Below are positions 10,317 through 21,935 of a DNA stretch of 64,000 bases, piece by piece (within the stretch, counting starts at the first letter, position 1; each line of letters opens with the position of its first letter). This stretch comes from Macrostomum lignano. Taxonomy: Eukaryota. The notes under the pieces were generated by a model. That model saw only the letters and a list, made by a program, of their open reading frames with translations, was not told the DNA's origin and ran no database searches. The position numbers and the translations under genes are program-made. Location of the stretch: NCBI GenBank assembly GCA_002269645.1, contig NIVC01000532.1, forward strand, positions 248,001-312,000, written 5' to 3'.

Positions 10317-11686
10317 ATGGCAAGCACGATTGTCGATGCAACTACAACAGCGAATGCAGCCTCTCCCGCGGACGCTGTGCCCAAGTCCGTCATCACAATC
10401 TCCATCCTCATTGCCGGATTTTTAATCGGAGTCCTGGTCGCCAAGCTGGTGAATTACTGTTACAACCGGGCGGACGTGCCGGACAATGCCAGCGACATCA
10501 GCGAGCACACAAAAGGCCTGCTGAGAATCCAACTGGCCCTGCTGAAGATGGGCAAGTCCAGCGGCTTTGGCGGCGCCGGCGGCGAAGCTGGCGGCGACCC
10601 GGAGGAGGCCAAGAGGCAGCAGCAGGCGACGGTGCTCAGCATGTGGAAGATGAAGGCGATGAACAAAGCGGCCGCGGCGCAGAAGACTCAAGAGGAGGCG
10701 GCCGCGGCCGGTGCTGCCAACGTTCAAGTTGTCGACGAAGCGCCTGACGATAAGAAAGGCGGTGCGTCTGGCGCCAAAAAAAGCGGCGCCGGTGGAAAAG
10801 CAGGCAAGTGTTTTCTTTGACTAAAAATTGCAGTCATATTTTACTAAAGAAATCCCGCGTTCATAAACTGCAATTTTCAACTCCAGTCTCCGGCACCAAG
10901 CCGAAGGCGGTTGCCAAACCGAAGAAGCTCTTTCCCAACTCGCTGTCCGGCGTGGCGCCAACTGAAGCTCCGGCGCAGTCGGCATCCAAAGACGGGCTAG
11001 GAAGTGCCGCGGGAGCGGCTACTACTTCGAAGGCAACGCCACCGGCAGCTGCTGGCTCTGTCAAGGCTGCAACAACGACGACAACTAAAGCAGCTCCTGA
11101 CCATGCAGCGATGCCTGCACTGAAGGCAGCTCCAGCGAGTGCAGCGACGCCTGCACTGAAGGCAGCTCCAGCGAGTGCAGCGACGCCTGCACCGAAGGCA
11201 GCTCCAGCGAGTGCAGCGACGCCTGCACCGAAGGCAGCTCCAGCGAGTGCAGCGACGCCTGCACCGAAGGCAGCTCCAGCGAGTGCAGCGACGCCTGCAC
11301 CGAAGGCAGCTCCAGCGAGTGCAGCGACGCCTGCACCGAAGGCAGCTCCAGCGAGTGCAGCGACGCCTGCACCGAAGGCAGCTCCAGCGAGTGCAGCGAC
11401 GCCTGCACCGAAGGCAGCTCCAGCGAGTGCAGCGACGCCTGCACCGAAGGCAGCTCCAGCGAGTGCAGCGACGCCTGCACCGAAGGCAGCTCCAGCGAGT
11501 GCAGCGACGCCTGCACCGAAGGCAGCTCCAGCGAGTGCAGCGACGCCTGCACCGAAGGCAGCTCCGGCTCCCACATCGAAGCCCGGTTCAGCCAAGCCAA
11601 AGCAGCAGCCGACGAGAAGTCAGGCGCCGACAACTGCAACTGCGGGCGGCAAGTCCAACCCGAGCAGTCCGAAGTCCAACGCCTGA
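10317..11686 (+). CDS. Single-pass membrane protein with Ala/Pro/Lys-rich 12-aa repeat tail, 428 aa, 2 exons via a GC-AG intron
   Basis: Exon 10317-10803, intron 10804-10886 (AG|gcaagt...ctccag), exon 10887-11686, joined in frame. Hydrophobic segment VITISILIAGFLIGVLVAKLVNYCY near the N-terminus. Confidence 0.65.
11111..11567 (+). repeat. 36-bp coding tandem repeat (ATPAPKAAPASA), about 12 copies
   Basis: Near-identical 36-bp units within the ORF. Confidence 0.95.
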
Positions 11687-12382
11687 GACTGGATGGCTGG
11701 TTTCAAATTGTATGAGCTGGATAATGATTACGATTTGAAAAACCTTTATGTAAAAGTTTTACTTGTTTGAATAAGTGCTATCAAAAATTAGAAGACTAAT
11801 CATAAATTAGTCTTCACATTATCTTGTTTCGGAAAAAAGTATTCAATTGAAAAAAAAACAATTTCTTTTTGTAGTACTGTCTTTTGAAAGTTTTGGAAAA
11901 AAAACCTTTTTAGCATTTAGAGGAATCTGATTCAGAAGATAAATACTGTAGTAATAAGAGTTACCGAAGCTTATACTCGTAGTCCCTTCAATTTGCGAGT
12001 GCCCAATAATTTATTATCTGTTGTACTCGAATTTAAAACCTGTTTTATCATGCATACCTAATAAAGGGTGATATATCATATGATACTCTGCGTAATCAAG
12101 TAACTCTGCAAAATTACAAATATGCACTTTTTCTGTCTAAGCTATATGTCTATTGATTTTCCAGAGAAATACTCTGAGCAGTGCTTAATTGGATTTTAAA
12201 CTGCGAAAAGTGCATACGAAGCGATTAATGTAGACTGTGTCGGGTAAAATTTGGTTATGTCTATGGCCAAAGTCGCAGAGGCTAAAGGGTAGAAGGAGGC
12301 GGGCTTAACGAGAGACCATTAGCACCAGCGGAGCGAGGGAACGAGTCCAAGGTCCATAAATTTCAACCGCTTAGTTCAAGCA

Positions 12383-14849
12383 ATGGGCAAGAAGACCAGC
12401 CTGCGGGACGACATCCGCCAGGAATGGCGCACAGTGGCCGAGAACCTGCGCGGTAAACGAGTGGAAATGTACGACCGGACCAAGACCATGCTCAACGATG
12501 TCCTTATCTACAGGGACATGCCGCGGCCAGACCAGCTGCTGCCGCCAATGGTGGAGGAGTTTATGGAGAACGGGCTGGCCATGGAGCCAACCGAGACCCG
12601 GCCGTCCATTGAGGTGCCGGAGCACTTTTACAACTTCAGCTCGCCGGAGACCAACTTCATGCTGTCGCTTCTGCTGGATGCCAACGACAGCAGGCTGCGC
12701 CGACTGCTGAATCAGGTGCACACCAGGGCGCTATTCAAGGAGGACAGGTACTATCAGATTGTCGATGACCCCACTTTGTACATCCGGGGCACCGGCTGCG
12801 TTGACTTCCCGGCCTTTCATAGTGAGTCTTTTAACTTAGACTGATTGATCTGTTTAAGCATTTGGATTGTGTTTATGTGTTTATATCATTTAAATATTCC
12901 TTACCATTCAGACAAGGTCGTCATGTACTTGACCGCCACCGGCATAATGATCTTTTTGAAGTGCACCACCGCCCTGACCGCCGCGGCCAGTATCTTCGGC
13001 AAGGGCGTAAGCCCGCGCACGCCCGCCTCGGAGAAGGCCCGTGAAGCGCGCCAGCCGAAACGCAAAAAGCCTCAGTCAGAGTTCGCCGCTGTCCGCCAAT
13101 ACGAAGCTAAAAAGAAGGATAAACTCCTGCCGCTGTTCAATGTGTACGCGTTTCAGTACGCCACCTACGTGCACTGCACCGAGGGCGACATCCTTCGCTT
13201 CCAGCTGGATTACCTGGCTATCAAGCGTCACTATTACGACGCATTTCCGTTCCTATTGCAGATGGATTGGCGGCCTAACTCGCCTTCGATGATCATGTAC
13301 CGGCGGCGCTATTTCCAGTTCATGACGCCGTTCCTGGACTGGGTGGATTTGATTCGCTACATCATGAAGAAAAGCCCCACGGTGTCAGCTTCCACCATCT
13401 ACGAGCGAATGATCAACTCGCACAATGACAACATCACTCTGGGCGACATGAAGTACTTGGGCCAGACCATGCTCGAGTGCTTCGAAATTCGAAAACTGTC
13501 CAAAGCCAACTGCAAGCTAAAGGCCTACTACGGTGTGTACGTTGGCAGAAAGATTCTCAAGGACAAGGAACCGCAGACGCATGCCGACTATAAGGAAGCC
13601 TTCGGTCAAGGCTTGGCCGTTCGGCCGGTCATTCCTCACGCGTGCTCTCCAACTAGGCGATTCCTGGTGCACCTGTACTATTACGACAAGGCCAGCATGT
13701 CGACCATGGCCCAGGTGGTCTCAGTTGTCGACTTCATGCTGAAGCAGGACTTCTTTAGCATGCACCCGCTGTGCAAGCTATCAACTATCCACTTGGAGCC
13801 AATTATCTTCCAGATTTACGACTTTGTCTGGATGATTCGCAAGGATAACATTGGCAGGAAGCAGTACCTGCGGCATGAGACTTGGGAGTCTATTAGAGCG
13901 GTGGGTTCGATTGATTTTTCACAATTAACTTTTTTATTTATTGATGCTTCTTCAATCATTGAATTGAATACAAAATCTTTGACTTTTAGAACGACGAGGC
14001 CTACGCGTGGTACCTGCGTTGGGACGTACTTAACTGCGTCAGTCTTCTATTTGGCATCTGTCAGAACGCGCTCATCAAGGATTTGAACGAATCTGTGATT
14101 GACCGGCTGGTCACACTCATCATCGAGGTGTTGCGCAGCTCGGAGTACCTGGAATCGGTCATGTCTTACAGTTTCTTTGACACCTACTTCGGCCTGACTA
14201 GTACCGTCAACTGCGTTCCCAACCTGCAGTCCCGTTGTGTGCTGCGCGTTCTAAAGAAGCTGCCGTTGTACCTCGTGGAGAACTTTACTTCGCCAGCCCT
14301 GCTCGGCATGTTCACGCATCGGTTTTGGCGCGGCGCCAGCGATCAACAGAAGCCGCCGCCGCGCACCCTGGAAGAGATTGGCGAATTTCTTGTACTTCGA
14401 AATCGACGAATGTCGATGAAAACGGCCGCCGAAGGAGGCGGCGAAGCCATGTCCGGCACGTCGGCCATGGGAGCCGGCGGTGCCGTCACTCTGTTCTTCC
14501 GCGAATACGAGAGCATGCCGGAGATCACCGCCGAGGACGAGCAGGCCATGGACAACGATCGCAACGACAACACGCGCAAGGAAGAGGAGGAGCGAGTCCA
14601 CGTGGCCGATTACAAACGACAAGAGACGGACTTCCGCTACTCGCAGATATTTACCGATTCGTTCTTCCAAGTAAGTGCCAGGCCAAACGTTTTAGCGCAC
14701 GTGTACTTTTATGTCTGTTAAACAATGCAAATTAATCTTTCTTGACTTTGTCACTGCAGGCCACGGGTCGGCCAAGGATATTTTACGACGAGAACGCCCA
14801 GATGAAGATGTGCAAGCAGCGTAGCAAGGAGCTTTTCAAGCCGCAATAA
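12383..14849 (+). CDS. Hypothetical protein, 732 aa, 4 exons, no recognised domain
   Basis: Exons 12383-12821, 12912-13900, 13990-14670, 14760-14849. All three introns are GT-AG and phase-compatible. Total 2199 nt ends in TAA. GC3-rich coding composition contrasts with AT-rich introns. Confidence 0.8.
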
Positions 14850-15533
14850 AAGCTCCAAGCTCGATGCATTTTCCTGACGATACGAAATGGCGCGAAAAAC
14901 CTGACTGCATCTCGATTAATTTTTTTTAATTGTCTGCGACATTGAATAAAAGGGAAATAAATTGAAAAAAAAGTTATTTCCCAGCGCGGATCTCCTTTTT
15001 AGACGAAAAAAGCGCTTTTTGTTTACTATAAAAACGTGAAAATTTGATTACTCCTGTTTCTGGTCTTGCTTATCTTGCGATATAAAATGAAACACCTTTT
15101 TGTAGCGCGGGATAGCAAAAACTCTGAAAGCATAATGCTCGATTTTGAAGATTTCAATTTAGCAATGCGATAATTTGTGCACTTGTGCAAAGTAATGCAT
15201 ACTATTTGATAATGAAGAGTGTTATTATCACTCATTATCACTCTTCTGAAAGTGAAGAGTGATAATGAATCTAAAAAAATTAAAAGCTGTGCAAACGTAC
15301 CGGCAGTAGTAAGGGTTGGTTTTTTGCTCAATTTTGTGAGCAAAGTTCAGAGGAACATTAAATGAAAAATAGTACTAGCTCGTAAATAGATATGGGAAGA
15401 ACTTTTAATAGGTTAAAAGAGAAAGCATGAAAGCATGAAAGAGAAACATGGCGTTGCTTTTTTAGATCCTTATCGTTGAATTTTACGAGAGTAATTTCAG
15501 TTCCGTCTCCGGGTGCAGCCAGCAGCTGGCAGC

Positions 15534-17549
15534 TCAACAGCCGTTTCCAATTTCGCTCAGACGTCTCAGAGCCGCTTCGTCAAAGCCGACGTCGCTCCAG
15601 CCGCGGAGTCGAGCCTCCATCATCGGGGACCGCGCCGGCAGTGGCATCAGCTCCTCAATGGTGTCCACATTCTCAACACGCACATCCGGTGGACATGACT
15701 GCCGTGAATGCGATGCGTCCATTTCCTGCTGACAGCGATAAACCGCTCGATGTAAAAGAAGGAAAAGCAGCTCCAAAAACTCAAAGGCAAACGTCAGCGT
15801 AACCCCGATGGTGAGACTGCCCAGGCCGCCAATCCGACTGACCAGAGCGCTGAGGGTGATCTGCAGCTTCTCCTGCTTTAAAACCGTATTGTAATTGAGT
15901 CTGGAGACCCGAATCAAAGCCATTCGTTCAACCAGTGCCTGTTCCTCCGGGTTGTTTTTCCAGTCGCCCGAGGCGCCGATGCTTTCCAGGTTGCAGAATT
16001 CCAGCAGCTTCGGCAAAGCCCAGCGCGCCAGCCGGTCTGAGGCGTTGAGGCTGGCGTGTCGGAGAGCACCGCTCACGAGGCCCATCCAGCGCAGCTGCGA
16101 CAGTCGCGGTGCCCAGTTGGCCACAGACAGGTGGCTGTTATAGAAGTACTGCGTGCACGGCTTGCGACACGCGTTCAGGGTAAAATGACGAATTATAGAG
16201 CTCAGATTCAGGTGCTGGACGCAGGTGTATCGTTTCAGGAACTCTTCCAGCTGGGTCTCGTGATAGTGACCGCAGTAGGGTACCTCTTTGGAGGGCACTT
16301 GCGAAATGATTTGGAAGGCAGAGACGCAGTTACATATTTCGGTTACACGCTTGCCTAGGAGGTCACTGACGCAAGCTGTCTGCGTATAATTGTAAACGTG
16401 GTCGTGGTCTCTGATCGGCGTCTGCTCCTTCGGGTTGGAGCACTCCCCTTCTGGGTAGTTCTCCTTTTCAACTCGCACCTGCGGCATGAAGGGGACAGGA
16501 AGGCTTGAAAGTGCGACTGTTTTAAATTCCGTAGTTAATATTTTCATTAAAAGTCTTATTCCCTACTTCTTCATGAAGCCTTTACGTATAGTCAAATCTC
16601 CTGCTTTTAGGAATACACAATCATGAAGCTTATTTCTCACCGTCTGATAGCGGATCAGCGTGGCGGTGCCCGTTTGCACCGTGAAGCTGTCCGAGTCCAC
16701 ATTCGGGAACGTTCCGGGCTCGTGAAGCACTACGCGGAAACCCGTAGCCTGATTGAATGCGTTGAACGCTTGCTCCTCCATTTCCCGGAACGATTTGTTA
16801 ACCGCGCTGCCTCCATACAGATCAGAGTTGCGAACATTTGACAGAATGAGAGATACTTCGCTGAGTTGCTCAGTAGTACCTAGCATTTTCAGATTATAGC
16901 AGGTGAAGAACTCTGGATGATGGATGCGGGTGAATTTAAACTGGCAGGTTGTTTCCTGAATCTTCGATGGGCTGGCGTTTCCGATGTGGCGGGCGATGCA
17001 GAAGGGCATGAGGTCGGTCAGATGGTGGCTCACTTCATTCAACTCCGATTCGTTGATTAGCTGAAAGTAGGTTGTCACCCGATCGTTGTGAAACAATTTC
17101 GAAGCGTCGAGGTAGCGCCCCTGCCGCACTAGGCTGCCCATGCCGCGGCGAAGTTCCTGCGACAAGTTGGCTGGGCTGACGATTCTGCCGGAACGCCAGT
17201 GCTCCCGCGCCGCCGAGGCGAACGGGCTGAGCGAGCACACAGTGAGACTGGGGAATGGAGTCGGGTCGTTGACTCGCTCTTCCACCTGGAAGTTTGTATG
17301 AAAAGACAAGAACTCGGAGATGAGGTTATGCGAGCAGTACAAGAGGAATGCCGTCATGCTGACTAGATAGAGCAGCCAGTGCAGGCGCAGAACTCGATGT
17401 CGGGTTGCGTAGCACTTTCGCACGCCTCTCAGCGTAGTATTTTCGACGAATGTCTTCAAAGCAAAGTGTAACCATTTTGTCTGTGCGACTGGCGCAACAG
17501 CTTGCAGGGGGCTTTGATCGGGATTTTGAGCAGCGCCTGAAGCGGACAT
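15534..17549 (-). CDS. DEG/ENaC (amiloride-sensitive sodium channel family) subunit, 617 aa, 2 exons
   Basis: Exons 17549-16641 and 16478-15534 with a phase-0 GT-AG intron. Pre-TM1 TTLRG, TM1, FPSLTVC (FPAVTxC-like), Cys-rich thumb (CVSDLLGKRVTEICNCV...C...CRKPCTQYFY) and TM2 SRIGGLGSLTIGVTLTFAFEFLE. Confidence 0.92.
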
Positions 17550-17956
17550 TGTAGCATACGAGCCGTACTAGATTTGTTCCTTTTCGATTTTTCAAACTTG
17601 GCTTAGAAAAATTTCCACATTGTCTGTACAGAGGGGATTTTATAGAGCGCTGCATATCAGATGTTTGTATTCTCATGGGGATGGGACTGGCACCAGGAAA
17701 GAGACAAACCGAACGAAGTAAAAAATTCACACACCGTGACGCGTCGTAACTCGATAAGCCGAAAAAAGTTTTCTGCGTGGAAACTTTACGACTCAACCGT
17801 CAGTCCTTTCGAAAGCTTCGCAGCTGCTTCGGCTTTTAAAATACTCAAAATATAGAAACTATCAACGACACGAAATTCTGCGTATTGCAGAGTCGAATTA
17901 TTTGTGTCGTGTTGAATTATGGGTCAATAATTGTTTCATCTTCGTGTCGAAAAATA

Positions 17957-18842
17957 TACCTTTTCCACTCCAAGTCTGTTACAAGTAACTTCAAATCTGC
18001 CGTAGATAGCAGAAAGGCATACATTCAGCTCGCAAGCCGAGCGCCAACTTAATAGTCTATGGTTAAAGCTCAGATCAATTCTGTCAAAAGTAATTTCAAA
18101 TCTGTCCACTGAACAGATAACGAAACAAAGGTTTATTTTGAACAGTGCTCTCAAATTAAAGCAACAAATTCTGTAATTCACTATGCTAACATGTCTGCTA
18201 CAGTCAATCAGTTGCATAGATATTTCAAACAAAAATATCGCGACGATCCAAGCAGGCCTGTCCGTAACTCAACGTGTGCAGGTGCCATCGTAGGCAGTGG
18301 TCATGTGTCAGATGAGGCATGCTGGCATGCAATTCGCGAATCAGAATGCTCAGTCTGAATGCTTTAGGATCAAGTTTGCGGTGGTCCTTTTGATTCCGAG
18401 GTCAATGGCCAGTCTCCTCCAGTCCCGTCCAGTGTTGTAGCTGTTAACCAGGCGCTGCCTGTCTATTAAGCATATTCTTGCATAGGGCATGGTGGGTAAG
18501 GCAAGAAAAAATTGTTGTGAACTCGCGTTGCTGTCAACATATATATCTCTGACAGATTTGAACTTACTTGTGACAGAATTTATATATAAGATTGCCATAG
18601 ACGAATAAGTTTCACTGTTAAAATCTGGGTCTGTCTATAAAGAAGTTTTCTAGTCTTTACTGCTTTGGTTCCAACTCCCTATCTGTTCAGTGGACAGATT
18701 TGAAGTTACTTTTGACATAATTGATCTGAGCTTTAACCATAGACTATTAAGTTGGCGCTCGGCTTGCGAGCTGAATGTATGCCTTTCTGCTATCTACGAC
18801 AGATTTGAAGTTACTTGTGACAGACTTGGAGTGGAAAAGGTA
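17957..18842 (-). mobile_element. Tc1/IS630-like non-autonomous deletion derivative with long IR/DR ends
   Basis: Inverted repeats of about 160 bp at 17957-18117 and 18680-18842, flanked by TA on both sides. Sub-repeats ACAGATTTGAAGTTACTT occur twice per arm plus a variant near 18552. Interior encodes an HTH N-terminus (18490-18350, MPYARICLIDRQRLVNSYNTGRDWRRLAIDLGIKRTTANLIL) and an out-of-frame transposase-type C-terminus (18353-18225, ...HDHCLRWHLHTLSYGQACLDRRDIFV). Confidence 0.75.
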
Positions 18843-19082
18843 TATTAAAGCATCTGAGCATTCAGATGTCGAACTCAAGGCTAAAGCACTGTTAAACTTG
18901 TCCGCGTTTATGATTGGCTTGATTATAAAATATGCACCGCAGCTCAAAACAATTTTGTAATTTTTCGAGAGCAGGAGAGAATGAAAATAGACAGAGAGCA
19001 GATCTGCTTTAACGTCTGGATCCTCAGAAACATGTCTACATTTTTCCTCCAATTTTTCATCGACTGTCCACAGAGGTCTCTT

Positions 19083-21390
19083 TCAACTGTCGGTCTTGGC
19101 AACCTTGTGGACGGACACCTGATACCCGTTGCTATCGGCAACCACCAACCAGTCCCAGCGACCGCTGGCGCCGCCCTCCCACAGGTCCAGGCACATCGGA
19201 CTGCCTGCAGCTTGACTGTCGTTCCCGATCTGCGCCTCGCCAGCATCGCTGCCAACTGTCTGAGCTCTGCTCTTCCGTTGCTCCATAATCTTTCCGTCTC
19301 CAACGTCTCCATCAAAGCCGACCTCAAACACTCGCAGGCAGCGACGACCATCTGCGTCCAGCAGGCGGATGACGCGGCTGGCCACGTCGGCAATGTACAA
19401 TCGACCACGTTGGTCAGTCAACACGTCGTAGGGACTCTGGAATGCAACCGCATCGCCGTCGCCTCCGGTCAGGGTGGCCACAACCCGGCCGGTGTCAACG
19501 TCCAGCCGACGGATGGCTCGACCTGCCCAGTCGGTGATCAGCAGGCGACGCCCGTGTCGACACCAGGCGAGACTCTCCGTGAAGAAGGCGGCGCTGTAGC
19601 ATCCGGACACATCCAGAGAGGCCAAAACCGGCCACGGTGGCTGGCGGCTAACAATTGCGACCTTCTGCTCAGCGTAGCTCAAAGCGTAGAACCTCTGGCT
19701 GCCGGGCGGCACAGACAGTCCGGTTAGACGCGATCGCGGCGGCAGGCCGAGCGCTTGAGGAGTCAGACGACGTCGGAGCCGGCCAGTCAGGTCGAGGATG
19801 AACAGACCGGCCCGACCCTGAGTCAGGTAGAGCAGCTGATGGCCCGAATCACAGCGTAGGCTGTGCACCTGAAAAGGTATACTCTTATTGTATGACCACT
19901 GCTACAACTACTAATCTATTAACATCTACCGTTTCCGAACCAGGGACAAGGACTTTTAATTTCACGTTTGTTACGGTGTTACGGTCACGGTCTCCGTACA
20001 ACATGTGTGTACCTACGTGGGGTTAGCGGAATGGATAGGGCTGCTTGCCCCCTCAGTCGACTGTAACCATCGATTTGTGGCGGTTTCCAAAGCCTACTCG
20101 CAAAACTAACTACATGCAGCCTAATGCAAACCAATGTTAGAATTTAGGACCTATAATGTACCTATGGTTGAGTTCACTCAATCGGAACAGTCTTAATCAA
20201 CTCACCGGTGAGCTCCACCGAAGTGGCGGTGTCAGACGGCCAATCGGCGTGTCGCTGCTCCCGCCCTTCATCGCCAACAGCGCCAGATGGTCCGGTTGAT
20301 CATCCGCGTGGAACGCCACCACAAGACATACCGGAGCCAGACGTCGCCAGCTGCCTCCGGCTCCAGTCGGGGTTGAACGAGACCGGGTCACCAGGCCTTC
20401 GTCTGTGTTGCTACCGCTTGAGCAAACCCAGTGACTGGCCGTGTTGTCGCAGATGGCCACCCGCCAGATGCGGCCGCCGCCGGTGACCGGGCCGAGCGTC
20501 TTGACGGGCTCCGCACTCAGCTGGAGGAGACCGTCGGTCAGCGCCTTGTGAGCAGCGCGCGTCCCCGCCAGGCTTTCGGCTGCGCGGAGTGACTCGGCCT
20601 CGCGAGACGGGGTTTCGCATTCGGTCAGATAGACTACGGAGTCGCTGATCTGCGTGGGGCATGGGGCTAAGTTTGTTACTTAGCTGAAGGGGATTGGGCT
20701 GCTAATCAAGGTAAGAAGCGACACTCAGTCATGGCCATTCCGCTGAACCCGAGTATGCACACGTGTACATATGGATACGCACTCGCATCTTACATTGGTA
20801 CTGAGGTACTTTGGCGGGAAATTCGGACGTGTTACAGCTGAGATACTCCGCTCTGTGTGATTCATGAGTTCCCAGCGAGAATGATATCGGAGTACTCGTA
20901 TATTTCATTTCTATTGCTTCCCAGAAAAGACGAGGAATAGACTCGACTACCCTTGACTCCAGATCCTCACCTGGTCGACAAGTTGAAACACGTGCCGCCA
21001 GTTGCCCGCATCAGCTGCTCGATTCGCTGTCTCCGAGAACTGCACCACCCCCTCAAGTGCTCGAATTCGCCCAGTCAGCTGGTCGAGCTCCCGCTTGGCT
21101 GCGTCGCAGATTCTACGTCGCCAGTACTGCTGCTGAGCCTTCAACAGGCGGAACTGCTGCTCAAGCTCAATCTGATCGGCTTCCTGACGGCTCAAGCATC
21201 GCCGAAGCTCTGGATAATTTTCCGTAGCCTCCGCCAGAGCTTTCAGAGCGGCTAGGCCAAGAGCTCGAACTCGGCGCTGCTCGCGATGCAGATGGCCGCG
21301 GCAGAGCGGCTGACCCGAGTGAGGGCAGACTCCGACCGACGGCGCGACCTCGCACAGGGCCACGCTGCATGCGGCCGGTGTGGCGAGCAT
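19083..21390 (-). CDS. B-box-like / coiled-coil / NHL (beta-propeller) protein A, 549 aa, 3 exons, no RING
   Basis: Exons 21390-20971, 20649-20206, 19868-19083, all phase 0 and GT-AG. N-terminal C-x4-C-x8-C-x-H-x5-C-x2-H, a helical region, and NHL-type repeats (FQSPYDVLTDQRGRLYIADVASRVIRLLD). Confidence 0.82.
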
Positions 21391-21935
21391 GTCGAGTCAA
21401 GAAAGCCCAACTAACTAACAGGTTAACCTTTGCTGTCTTCTGCTTGTACGAGTTGGTGACTTACTAGATTCTAAAAAAATATCGTTGCGCTATCGCTAAC
21501 CACCATTATTTAAAGCCTAGCACAATGTATTACACAGATAACAGCTCGCACTGCCTTGGATACACAGCTCTTTTAGTAGGGGAGAGTTGAAAAGGTTTTT
21601 CTGTACGCTGTAACCATTTTATCAGGTGCGCATTTTCCAGATTTCGTGAACGCACATAGATCCAATGCAATGGATTGAACTTACTTTCGGCTGGATGCCT
21701 TTCTCCAATCGGGTTTAGAATGAGCTCACGAAGTCAACAATACTTTATTCGACCTTTATTATCGCTAATATGCACAGTTTATTACCGCTAATAACTCTCA
21801 TGATGTTGATACAACTGGTACCGAAAATATGCGTAGGCACATCATGAACTGAGAAAAGTGTAGCATGCATATAAAAATAGTATTTTACTGTCGAACAGCA
21901 TGATAGTCACATCTATCTTCTAGCCCAATCACTCC

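Noticed and set aside
10800-10820. Prenylation motif at the end of the intron-retained protein (GKCFL)
   Set aside because: The Cys is third from the end, so this is not a CaaX box.
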